A stretch of DNA of 52,509 bases from Thermoplasmatota archaeon (lineage in GTDB: Archaea; Thermoplasmatota; Thermoplasmata; UBA10834). Positions within the stretch are counted from its first letter, which is position 1. The number at the start of each line of letters is the position of its first letter. A program made the position numbers and the translations under genes. Positions 9,274 to 17,859 of the stretch are shown one piece after another. The notes below the pieces were generated by a model. The model had not been told where the DNA came from and searched no databases. It was given only the letters and a program-made list of their open reading frames with translations. The stretch covers positions 1 through 52,509 of the forward strand of contig JBFMHR010000006.1 of NCBI GenBank assembly GCA_040751795.1. The letters run 5' to 3'.

Positions 9274-9348
9274 AGCGGGGTGGGGTAGTTTGGTAATCCC
9301 ATCAGGCTCATAACCTGAAGATCATTGGTTCAAATCCAATCCCCGCTA
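9274..9348 (+). tRNA. initiator tRNA-Met(CAU), CCA not encoded
   Basis: AGCGGGG/CCCCGCT acceptor stem with A1-U72, TCAGG-CTCATAA-CCTGA anticodon arm, GTTCAAATC T-loop. Confidence 0.92.
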
Positions 9349-9385
9349 CGGTCCATTTAATGCTTATTATAAAAATACGATTATC

Positions 9386-10519
9386 TTATAATCCCCTGAG
9401 CTTGCGGACCTTGTGCCCCTGAGTGACCCGCCCCATGTCTGCGGCCCTGATGGCGTCCGCTCCTGAGACGGTCAGTATCCAGCTCGCGCTCCAGAAGCCG
9501 TTGTCGTTCAACCTCAGACCGGTGAATCGGACTCGTCTGGATAGGCCCAGTCTGCCGACGAGCCCCGCGACCTGGTCGAGCACCTCGCTCCTGCACATGG
9601 CGCGGCAGTAGCCCAGCGCGTCGACGGAGAACAGGCTCAACGTCGAGAGAGCGCCGAGTGTCATCCGCCTCCCAGATCCTCTTCCGCATATGCCCCTTGG
9701 TATGGCGGACATGTCCAGATCGGTGTGTCTGGATTGACCGACAACCAGGAGGGAGTTCGAGGCACTCGCGACGCATCCCTCCCCGTCGAACCATGGCTGC
9801 ACCGCCGATATGAGGGTCGCCTCGTCGCGGGAGCCAAGCACCCACTCTGGCAGACTGACTGGCACTGCGGACTTCTCCCCCTGCGGCACACCGTTCTCAA
9901 CCAACCACTCCGCGACGAACCTCGAGCAGATGAACCCCCGGATAGCCCTGGCGCCGTTCCCCGGCTCCTGCGGCGGCCCCATGTCGTACAGGAAGACGTC
10001 CCTGCAGAGCGACCTGAAGTGCTCGTACAGGTCCGTCTCGTGGTCAGCGAAGGTGATGTTGACCATCCCCGCGTCGAACCGGTTGTGCTTGATCCAGACG
10101 GACCCCTCCGCCATGACGTAGGACACGATCGCCGCCGCCTTCCTCCTCAGCGCGTCGTCCCGCTCCAGCTCCTCCCTCGTGGGCAGCCTCAGCCTCCCCC
10201 TGCACATCTCCCTGTGAACGCCCGCCGCATAGGAGTTCGCCCAGGTTCTGTCCTTGATGCTCGCGGCCGCCCTGACCTCCTCCTCGAGCTCCCCGTCTCC
10301 CGCCAGCTCCAGCATCCTCTCCATCACCGACACGGGGAGCGTCAGCCTCCCGGTCCGGTAGTAGTGCACCGATGACTTCGGCACCTCCAGCCCCTTCGCT
10401 AGCCCCTCGAGCGTGCCGAACCCGGCCGCGGCGGCCTCGACCAGCCTCCTCTGCAGGCTCCCCGGCAGCTGGACCCTCTCCTCCCTCCTGTGCGCGCCCC
10501 TCGTCCCCCTCGGACACAT
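9386..10519 (-). CDS. free-standing HTH + LAGLIDADG (intein DOD-type) endonuclease-like protein
   Basis: Cro/XRE-like HTH (TLEGLAKGLEVPKSSVHYYRTG), two LAGLIDADG-like helices (IVSYVMAEGSV; AVQPWFDGEGCV) and linker WLVENGVPQGEKS...LPEWV; no intein splicing termini. Confidence 0.75.
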   Translation of the reverse strand: MCPRGTRGAHRREERVQLPGSLQRRLVEAAAAGFGTLEGLAKGLEVPKSSVHYYRTGRLTLPVSVMERMLELAGDGELEEEVRAAASIKDRTWANSYAAGVHREMCRGRLRLPTREELERDDALRRKAAAIVSYVMAEGSVWIKHNRFDAGMVNITFADHETDLYEHFRSLCRDVFLYDMGPPQEPGNGARAIRGFICSRFVAEWLVENGVPQGEKSAVPVSLPEWVLGSRDEATLISAVQPWFDGEGCVASASNSLLVVGQSRHTDLDMSAIPRGICGRGSGRRMTLGALSTLSLFSVDALGYCRAMCRSEVLDQVAGLVGRLGLSRRVRFTGLRLNDNGFWSASWILTVSGADAIRAADMGRVTQGHKVRKLRGL

Positions 10520-10639
10520 GCTATCGCAGGGGGGACGCCGCCGGGCCAGATATCGGCCAGCACTGCACGCAGGCTACGTCCAGGCGCGCGCCCGCAGCTG
10601 TCGAAATCATGAAATATCCGCCACGTCACATACCTCCGC

Positions 10640-10879
10640 GTGACGCCGCACCCCACCTGCCAAGGAGAGAAGAAGGACAGGAAGCTGTGCCCGACGTGCC
10701 TGTACTGGGACCCGCGCCCCGAGGACGGCTCCGGCCCGGGCCTGGGCTACTGCAGCGAGAGGGACATAGTCACCTCCGTGAGGTGCGAGTGCGAGTTCTT
10801 CGAGCAGGCGACCAAGACCAAGGTCGAGGCCAGGGACAGGGCCATCTATGGCCAGATAGACGAGGAGTCCGAGGAGTAG
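10640..10879 (+). CDS. small Cys-rich hypothetical protein (possible metal binding)
   Basis: CPTCLYW...GYC...CECEFF, acidic tail, good codon bias; TATA-like TGAAATAT about 25 nt upstream. Confidence 0.65.
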   Translation: MTPHPTCQGEKKDRKLCPTCLYWDPRPEDGSGPGLGYCSERDIVTSVRCECEFFEQATKTKVEARDRAIYGQIDEESEE

Positions 10880-10946
10880 GGGGCCCGCGCACCCAGAAAC
10901 CCTTAAATGGCCGCAACCTTGTGACTTACCGGCTGGTGTGTTCCCG

Positions 10947-12137
10947 ATGAAGGCTGTCATCCTGGCTGCTGGCGAGGGGATGAGGCTCAGGCCACTTACG
11001 GTCTCCGAGCCCAAGGTCATGATACCCGTCGCCAACAGGCCGATCCTGGAGTATGTCGTCGAGGCGCTCGTGAGGAACGATGTCGAGGACATCGTCATGG
11101 TCGTGGGGTACAGGAAGGAGCGCATCATGTCCCACTTCGAGGACGGGCGCAAGTTCGGCGCCAAGATCGAGTACGTGGTGCAGGAGAAGCAGCTAGGCAA
11201 CGCCCACGCCCTCGCCTGCGCCAGGGACAGGGTCTCAGGCGAGTTCCTCGTCCTCCCGGGCGACAACATCGTCGACGCGCAGGCCATCGGTGACCTCCTC
11301 AGGGCGGGCAAGTGCCAGACGGCCCTCGTGGCCGAGAGCGAGAACCCGTCGAAGTACGGTGTCGTGACGATCGAGAAGGAGAGCATCGGGGGCGTCGTCG
11401 AGAAGCCCCACGAGATGATCTCCAACATCGTCCTCACGGGCGTCTACTGCCTCTGCGACAAGATCTTCAGGCACATCGACGCGAACGTCTCCCAGGGGGA
11501 GTACGGCCTCAGCAACGCGGTCAACGCCAGCCTGAGCGAGAGGCCCGTCACGCCCATCTTCTCCACCGGCCTCTGGATCGACGCGGTCTACCCGTGGGAC
11601 CTCCTGGAGCTCAACGCGGCGGCGCTCGAGCACCTCCCCGCGCGCACCTCAGGCAAGATCGAGCCGCAGGTCCAGATACACGGGCCCGTGGGCATCGGGG
11701 ACGAGACGGTCATCCGCTCCGGCACGACGATCTACGGCCCGGTCCTCATCGGCGACGGCTGCGAGATCGGCCCGAACGTCACCATATTCCCGTCCACCAG
11801 CATCGGCAACAGCGTGCTCGTGGAGCCCTTCACGATGGTCAAGAACAGCATTGTCATGAGCAACTGCAGCATCGGGGCGCACTCGTACCTCTCGCACTGC
11901 GTCCTCGGCTACGGGACCAGGTCGCAGTCGCACCTGATGGCCCCGGGGGCGGAGTCGTACGTGAACATCTCCGACGAGTTCTTCAAGGTCCCGCACATCG
12001 GCTCGATCGTGGGCGAGGACACCACCTTCGGCACCGGCGTGGTCGTCGAGCCGGGCACGGTGGTCGGGGCGGGCTGCAAGGTGTCCAGCGGGGCCAAGAT
12101 CATCAGGAACCTGCCCAACAGGTCCCTAGTGACGTAG
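10947..12137 (+). CDS. glmU: bifunctional sugar-1-phosphate nucleotidyltransferase/acetyltransferase (GlmU-like)
   Basis: ILAAGEGMRLRPLT, VEKP, C-terminal hexapeptide repeats; adjacent to glmS. Confidence 0.85.
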   Translation: MKAVILAAGEGMRLRPLTVSEPKVMIPVANRPILEYVVEALVRNDVEDIVMVVGYRKERIMSHFEDGRKFGAKIEYVVQEKQLGNAHALACARDRVSGEFLVLPGDNIVDAQAIGDLLRAGKCQTALVAESENPSKYGVVTIEKESIGGVVEKPHEMISNIVLTGVYCLCDKIFRHIDANVSQGEYGLSNAVNASLSERPVTPIFSTGLWIDAVYPWDLLELNAAALEHLPARTSGKIEPQVQIHGPVGIGDETVIRSGTTIYGPVLIGDGCEIGPNVTIFPSTSIGNSVLVEPFTMVKNSIVMSNCSIGAHSYLSHCVLGYGTRSQSHLMAPGAESYVNISDEFFKVPHIGSIVGEDTTFGTGVVVEPGTVVGAGCKVSSGAKIIRNLPNRSLVT

Positions 12138-12148
12138 GTGTTGTCCGG

Positions 12149-13939
12149 ATGTGCGGTATCGTGGGTTACGCGGGCCAGCGCAGGGCGCAGCCCATCCTCG
12201 TCGACAGCCTGAAGAGGCTGGAGTACAGGGGCTACGACTCCGCCGGGATAGCGGTCGTGGGCAAGGGGCTCCAGGTCTTCAAGAGCGAGGGCGAGATCGC
12301 GGTCCTCGAGAGGGACATGCCGGAGATGGACGGCTCCCTCGGGATAGCGCACACGAGGTGGGCGACCCAGGGCAGGCCCACCACCGAGAACGCGCACCCG
12401 TTCCAGGACTGCACCGGGAGGCTGGCCATAGTCCACAACGGGATCATCAGCAACTTCATGGACCTCAGGGAGTCGCTCGAGGCCGCGGGCCACAGGTTCA
12501 CCTCGGAGACCGACACCGAGGTCTTCGCACACCTGGTCGAGTCGGAGCTCAGGGGCGACCTCACGGAGGCGGTCCAGAGGGCCGTGGCCAGGGTCGAGGG
12601 CACCTACGCCTTCGCCGTCGTGGCGGAGGGCGGGGACGCGGTCGTCGCGACAAGGCGGGAGAGCCCGCTGGTGGTCGGCCTCGGCAACGGGGAGAACTTC
12701 GTCGCGAGCGACGTGACGGCGCTGCTGAAGCACACCAACCGGATGCTCTACGTCGAGGACGGGGAGGTCGTCAGGGTCACGAAGGACTCCGTGAGGATCG
12801 TGGACGCGTCCGGGAGGGAGGTCACCAGGGAGCCGCAGAAGGTGATGTGGAGCCTCGAGGACGCGGAGAAGGGCGGGTACCCCCACTTCATGCTCAAGGA
12901 GATCTTCGAGCAGCCCAGCGCGATACACGACTCCCTCCTCGGGAGGGTGGAGACCCTCGACGCGGAGCCGTTCTTCGCGGGCAGCGCCTTCTCGAACGTG
13001 AAGATCGTCGCGTGCGGCACCTCGTACCACGCCGGCCTCGTCGGCAAGTACATCATCGAGGAGCTGGCCAAGATCCCGACGACCGTCCAGATCTCCTCGG
13101 AGTACAGGTACTCGTCGGTGTCGAGGGAGAGCCCGCTCATGGTGCTGATAACCCAGAGCGGGGAGACCCTCGACACGATGGCGGCTGCGAGGGAGGCGAG
13201 GAAGCGGGGCAACAGGACCGTCGCGGTAGCGAACGTCATGGGCTCCGCCATCACGAGGGAGGTGGACCACGTCATCTACACCAGGGCCGGCCCGGAGATC
13301 GGGGTCGCGGCCACGAAGACCTTCGTCACCCAGCTCGTCGCCCTCTACATCCTCGCGATGGACCTGGGCTCGCAGAACAGGACCCTGAGCGCGCTCGCGA
13401 AGCGGGCGGCGATAGGTCAGCTCAGGAGCCTCCCGAGGGCCGTCCAGGACGTCCTGAACAAGGCCCCGGAGATCGAGGCGCTCGCGAGGAAGTACCACGC
13501 GGCCCGGGACATGTTCTTCATCGGCAGGAACATCAACTACCCCGTCGCCCTCGAGGGGGCGCTCAAGACCAAGGAGATCTCCTACATCCACGGCGAGGGC
13601 TACCCCGCGGGCGAGCTGAAGCACGGCCCCCTGGCCCTGATATCGAAGGATTCCCCGGTGGTGGCGATAGCCGTCAGGGACCACACCTACGACAAGATGC
13701 TCGGCAACATCGGCGAGGTCTCGGCGAGGGGGAGCCCGGTCATCGCCATCGGCTTCGAGGGGGACACCGAGCTGGCCAAGTTCGCGGATGACGTGGTGTA
13801 CATCAGGGAGATACCGCCCCTGTTCTCCCCCGTGCCCGTGATAGTCGCATTGCAGCTCTTCTCCTACTATCTGGCCAGGGAGCGCGGCTGCCCGATCGAC
13901 AAGCCGAGGAACATAGCCAAGACCGTCACGGTGGACTGA
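12149..13939 (+). CDS. glmS: glutamine--fructose-6-phosphate transaminase
   Basis: MCGIVG start, LEYRGYDSAG, HTRWAT, QSGETLDT, ELKHGP, PRNIAKTVTV. Confidence 0.97.
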   Translation: MCGIVGYAGQRRAQPILVDSLKRLEYRGYDSAGIAVVGKGLQVFKSEGEIAVLERDMPEMDGSLGIAHTRWATQGRPTTENAHPFQDCTGRLAIVHNGIISNFMDLRESLEAAGHRFTSETDTEVFAHLVESELRGDLTEAVQRAVARVEGTYAFAVVAEGGDAVVATRRESPLVVGLGNGENFVASDVTALLKHTNRMLYVEDGEVVRVTKDSVRIVDASGREVTREPQKVMWSLEDAEKGGYPHFMLKEIFEQPSAIHDSLLGRVETLDAEPFFAGSAFSNVKIVACGTSYHAGLVGKYIIEELAKIPTTVQISSEYRYSSVSRESPLMVLITQSGETLDTMAAAREARKRGNRTVAVANVMGSAITREVDHVIYTRAGPEIGVAATKTFVTQLVALYILAMDLGSQNRTLSALAKRAAIGQLRSLPRAVQDVLNKAPEIEALARKYHAARDMFFIGRNINYPVALEGALKTKEISYIHGEGYPAGELKHGPLALISKDSPVVAIAVRDHTYDKMLGNIGEVSARGSPVIAIGFEGDTELAKFADDVVYIREIPPLFSPVPVIVALQLFSYYLARERGCPIDKPRNIAKTVTVD

Positions 13940-13942
13940 GCC

Positions 13943-14941
13943 TCACTCCAGCCTCTCGGGGCACACGTCCTTCCTGGAGCAGTGCCTGCACTTGCCGGGC
14001 CTGTCGTGGTTCCTGTGCGCCTCGCCGGTCTGCACGATCGCCCTCATCTCGGCGAGCTTGTCCACCAGCAGCTTCCTGAGGTCCTCGTTGTACTCGACCT
14101 GGTCCTCCCTCTCCGGGTACTTGAGGAGGCCGTAGGGCGGGGCCTTGCCCATGGTCTCCTCGATGAGGAGGCAGTAGGCGGCCACCTGGAGGGTGTGGGA
14201 GAACAGGGGCCCCTGGGGCGTCCTCCCCCTCTTCTCCTCCACCGGTATGATGTTGTCGGCGAGCTTGATCACGTAGTCCGGCCTGCCGGAGAGCCCGTAC
14301 CTCTCGGACTTGAAGACCTTCGACTCGTCCATGTCGATGTACTCGATCTTCCCCTTCACCCTGAACTCGTGGCGCAGGGACTCGGCTATGCTCGTCGCGG
14401 ACAGGGACCTCCGCAGGAAGAAGGTCGCTGCCATGAGCCAGATGATCGCCATGATCTCCAGGACCTGGGCGAGCACCGGGTCCTCCTGCAGGAACACGAT
14501 GGCGTTCACGGCCACTATGGCCGCGACTATGGCGAAGGTGAGTATCAGCTTCTCGTAGTCGAGGATCTTGCTCTCGACCGTGGACCTGGAGGCCTTGTAC
14601 AGGAAGAACGCCGCCGCCAGGACCCAGATGAGAGCCACGGCCCCGAGTATCTCGCCGAAGGAGACTGACTCCTCGAAGGGCATGAGCTCGAGGCCCATGA
14701 TGGCTATGAGCGACGCGACGACCGCGTACCAGAACACCAGGCGCTCGGACTCCTTGGCGCTCCTCTCCCCCGAGTCGATCCTCCACAGGGTCTCGCCGAG
14801 CCTCTCGTGCTCCTCGATGCCCTTCCTGGTGGTCGTGTCCTGGACGTCGTGCTTCTTGCTCAGCCACCAGCTCATCGGGCAGTAGCTGTACTTCTCCAGA
14901 TCGCCGGCGGAGATGTAGCCCCGTCCGGACGGCTCGGCCAT
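13943..14941 (-). CDS. solo Cas4-family Fe-S nuclease with a four-transmembrane-helix insertion
   Basis: ISAGDLEKYSYCP (Cys1), GIEEH, GRPDY, VEEK, QVAAY, C-terminal CRHC-x5-C; four hydrophobic helices between motif I and motif II. Confidence 0.88.
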   Translation of the reverse strand: MAEPSGRGYISAGDLEKYSYCPMSWWLSKKHDVQDTTTRKGIEEHERLGETLWRIDSGERSAKESERLVFWYAVVASLIAIMGLELMPFEESVSFGEILGAVALIWVLAAAFFLYKASRSTVESKILDYEKLILTFAIVAAIVAVNAIVFLQEDPVLAQVLEIMAIIWLMAATFFLRRSLSATSIAESLRHEFRVKGKIEYIDMDESKVFKSERYGLSGRPDYVIKLADNIIPVEEKRGRTPQGPLFSHTLQVAAYCLLIEETMGKAPPYGLLKYPEREDQVEYNEDLRKLLVDKLAEMRAIVQTGEAHRNHDRPGKCRHCSRKDVCPERLE

Positions 14942-14948
14942 GCGGCGA

Positions 14949-15752
14949 CTATGAGTGTCCCTGGTCAATAAACTTTGCCGGGTGCCCGTGCTGGGCCGCC
15001 GTCTCCTCGCCCTCGGCGAAGTGGGAGCCGTCCAGGAGCACTATCCCCTCGGGCGGCTCGATCCCCTCGACGTACCCGAACCAGTACACGACCGCGCCCG
15101 TGCCGAACATCTCGGTGTAGGGCTTCAGCTGCTTCTTCACGTTCTTCCTGAGCTCGATCTCGTCCCCGAAGGACGCCTTCGACTCGATCCAGAACACCTT
15201 GGTCCCGTTGATCTGTATGGGCTTGTCCAGGAGGCAGTCCGGCGTCTTCTTGTGCGTCGCCCTCAGGTCCGCCTCGGTCCTGTAGGTGACGCACCTCCTG
15301 TCGAGCCAGTCCTGGAGCTGCTTCTCGCCCCACTTCCCCCTCTCGGTCTGCACATCCGAGCCCTTGGGGGAGTAGATGATGTCCTCCTCCGCCACCCTCC
15401 TGAGCTCCTTCCGGAGCCTCTGGTCCCTGCAGGAGTCGGGGTCGCGGATGTACTTCCAGTACGACTTCCTCGTGAGCCCTATCTCCGGGGCGAGCATGAG
15501 CCCCAGCAGGACCGGCGGGAAGTTCATGGTCCTCGCGAGGTGCGCGATCGAGTCGCCGTGCTTCCAGTCCTTGGCGATCTTCTTGATGTCCTTCTTGACG
15601 ATGTAGAACCTGCGCGTGGCGTCCCTGACGGTCCGCTGCGTGTACATGACGAGAAGGAGCTCCCTGTCGAGCCCCATTGACTGTGAGAGCCTGTCGATGT
15701 CCTTCGGATTCCTGAGCCTAAAATAGATGTCCTTGTAGTCTTCGTACTTCAT
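14949..15752 (-). CDS. CDIN1/C15orf41-family (TPD domain) PD-(D/E)xK nuclease
   Basis: KTPDCLL, WIESKASFGD, QLKPY, GAVVYWFG motifs; helical/HTH-like N-terminal half. Confidence 0.85.
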   Translation of the reverse strand: MKYEDYKDIYFRLRNPKDIDRLSQSMGLDRELLLVMYTQRTVRDATRRFYIVKKDIKKIAKDWKHGDSIAHLARTMNFPPVLLGLMLAPEIGLTRKSYWKYIRDPDSCRDQRLRKELRRVAEEDIIYSPKGSDVQTERGKWGEKQLQDWLDRRCVTYRTEADLRATHKKTPDCLLDKPIQINGTKVFWIESKASFGDEIELRKNVKKQLKPYTEMFGTGAVVYWFGYVEGIEPPEGIVLLDGSHFAEGEETAAQHGHPAKFIDQGHS

Positions 15753-15940
15753 TAGTCCACTGTCCAGCATCGTGCTGAACGAACAGTTCGCAACGTTTCT
15801 GCTGGCGGCAACTATCCCCGGTTGTCTATATATTACTTTGCGACGGACGCACGCCGGCCAAGGGCCCCCAGGAGGCGCAAGGTTGAATACGGCGGAAGTC
15901 ATGGAGCGGAGTCCCCAGAGCGTTTTTGGGAGGTGTCTCG

Positions 15941-17038
15941 TTGCCGGAGGGCGGAGCCAGGAAGGTCATAATGCCGGCGAGGTACGTCCAGGGCCCGGGG
16001 GTCCTGGCCCAGCTCGGCGTCCACGTCAGGCAGCACGGGTCGAAGCCCTTCGTCGTGAGCGGCAGGACCAGCTGGTCCCGCGTCAAGGCCAGGGTGCAGG
16101 CCAGCCTCCTGCAGGCCGGCGTGCCGCTCGCGGGCCACGACGACACCGTCACCGAGTGCACCCACGCCAAGATCAACGAGGTCGCGGACAGGGTCGGGTC
16201 CCTGGAGGCGGACATAATCATAGGCTGCGGCGGCGGGAAGGCCGTCGACACGGCCAAGGCCGTCTCGGAGAAGCTTCAGCTGCCCGTCGTCACGGTCCCC
16301 ACCCAGTGCGCCACGAACGCCGACCAGATGGCCGACGCGGTGGTGTTCTCCGAGGACCACAGGTTCCTGGAGGACGTCTACCTCTCCCAGGCGCCCGTGC
16401 TGGTCCTCGTCGACACGGACATCGTCGCCAGGGCGCCCCCGATGTACCTCGTCCAGGGCATGGGCGACGCCCTCGCCTGCGGGTTCGAGAAGCCCGCCTA
16501 CGCCGAGGCGATGAGGGCCAGGAAGGGGCAGGAGCAGGCGACCAACGCCGCGCTCGAGGTCAACCTCAGGTGCTTCCAGACGCTGATGGCCCACGGCGCC
16601 CAGGCCAAGAGGGACGTCGAGGCCGGCAGGGTGACGGAGGCGGTCGAGGCGGTCGTCGAGGCGATCAAGCTCCAGAGCGGCTTCGGGTTCGGGGGAGGGG
16701 GCTGCGCCGCCGCGCACGCGGTCCACAACGGCCTCACCGTTGTCCCGGGCCTCGCGAGGAAGCACGGGGAGATAGTCGCGTTCGGCACTCTCGTCCAGAT
16801 GGTCCTCGAGAAGCGGCCCATGGGGGAGGTGGAGAGGGTCATGAGGTGGTGCCGGGAGCTGGGCCTGCCCATAAGGCTGAGCGACCTTGGGAGGCTCGAC
16901 CTGTCCCAGCTGCCGAAGGCGGCCGAGAAGGCGTGCGACCCCGGCGACAGCATGGCCAACATGCCCTTCCCGGTGACCCCGGGCATGGTCCTCCTGGCGA
17001 TCCACGAGGTCGACTCCCTCGCCGCCCGGCTGGGATGA
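15941..17038 (+). CDS. gldA: glycerol dehydrogenase-like protein
   Basis: PARYVQGPG, GGGKAVDT, VPT, GMGDAL, HAVHNGLT, HGEIV; TTG start after GGAGGTG. Confidence 0.82.
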   Translation: MPEGGARKVIMPARYVQGPGVLAQLGVHVRQHGSKPFVVSGRTSWSRVKARVQASLLQAGVPLAGHDDTVTECTHAKINEVADRVGSLEADIIIGCGGGKAVDTAKAVSEKLQLPVVTVPTQCATNADQMADAVVFSEDHRFLEDVYLSQAPVLVLVDTDIVARAPPMYLVQGMGDALACGFEKPAYAEAMRARKGQEQATNAALEVNLRCFQTLMAHGAQAKRDVEAGRVTEAVEAVVEAIKLQSGFGFGGGGCAAAHAVHNGLTVVPGLARKHGEIVAFGTLVQMVLEKRPMGEVERVMRWCRELGLPIRLSDLGRLDLSQLPKAAEKACDPGDSMANMPFPVTPGMVLLAIHEVDSLAARLG

Positions 17039-17167
17039 GCCACTGGCTTGGCCCGCCCTCACGACTGGCCGTGCTCCAGGCTCAGGAAAGGATATATAAC
17101 CCGAACGCGATTCTTCAGGTGTCGCCCCAGCGGCGGCAGAAGGGATGAACTAAAGGAGGTTTTCGAA

Positions 17168-17806
17168 ATGACCAGCACGTTGAACACGTTTATAGCGTCA
17201 GGGAACACACCGCCATGGCTCCCGAGGGAGGTCGCCGACGGGAGGAGGTTCGCATGGTGGGCGGAGATAATGTTCCTGCTCGCTGCTCTGATATGGTTCA
17301 TCATCGCGATAGTCGAGGTCACGATGTACGTGATCGACGGAGGGGTGGGGAGGATCGCGTTCGGCATATTCGGCTTCTTCGCGCTCCTGATCTGCTTCCT
17401 CGCCGCGGTGTTCATGAAGAAGACGGTCATGGACGCCATCGACCAGGGCAGGTTCCACGACGCCAAGAACGACTCGCTCGTGTGGATAATCATCGGGTTC
17501 TTCGGCTTCGCGCTCCCGTCCATACTCCTGATGCTCACCTACATGAAGATCGGGGACGCGCTCGCGCAGCAGGCCCCCGCAGGGTACCAGCCCTACGCCC
17601 CGGGGACCGTGACGGCCCAGCAGCCGGGGCAGCCGTACGCCCCGCCGCCGGTGCCGCCGCCGCAGCCCGCCCCGCCGGCCGCCGCCGCGCAGCACCCCCA
17701 GCACCCGCAGCACCAGCACCAGCCGATGGCGAAGTGCAAGAACTGCAACGTCCAGTTCCCGATGTTCATGCACAACTGCCCGAACTGCGGCGCTCCCAAG
17801 GAATGA
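17168..17806 (+). CDS. membrane protein with Pro/Gln-rich linker and C-terminal zinc ribbon
   Basis: AAGGAGGT RBS, three hydrophobic segments, PQ-rich linker, CKNC...CPNCG. Confidence 0.75.
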   Translation: MTSTLNTFIASGNTPPWLPREVADGRRFAWWAEIMFLLAALIWFIIAIVEVTMYVIDGGVGRIAFGIFGFFALLICFLAAVFMKKTVMDAIDQGRFHDAKNDSLVWIIIGFFGFALPSILLMLTYMKIGDALAQQAPAGYQPYAPGTVTAQQPGQPYAPPPVPPPQPAPPAAAAQHPQHPQHQHQPMAKCKNCNVQFPMFMHNCPNCGAPKE

Positions 17807-17859
17807 GCAGAAACACTTAACCCCCTTCCCTCTTTTACACCCCGCAGGCAGTGGGGACC

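Noticed and set aside
9349-10640. Integrated element with att sites at tRNA-iMet
   Set aside because: No integrase and no duplicate of the tRNA 3' end noticed
11312-12148. Apparent 279-aa N-terminal extension on GlmS
   Set aside because: Shadow frame of glmU; GlmS needs Cys at position 2, so the start is ATG 12149
17560-17725. Repetitive CAGCAC/CCG tract
   Set aside because: Encodes the Pro/Gln/His linker of a protein, not a DNA repeat element
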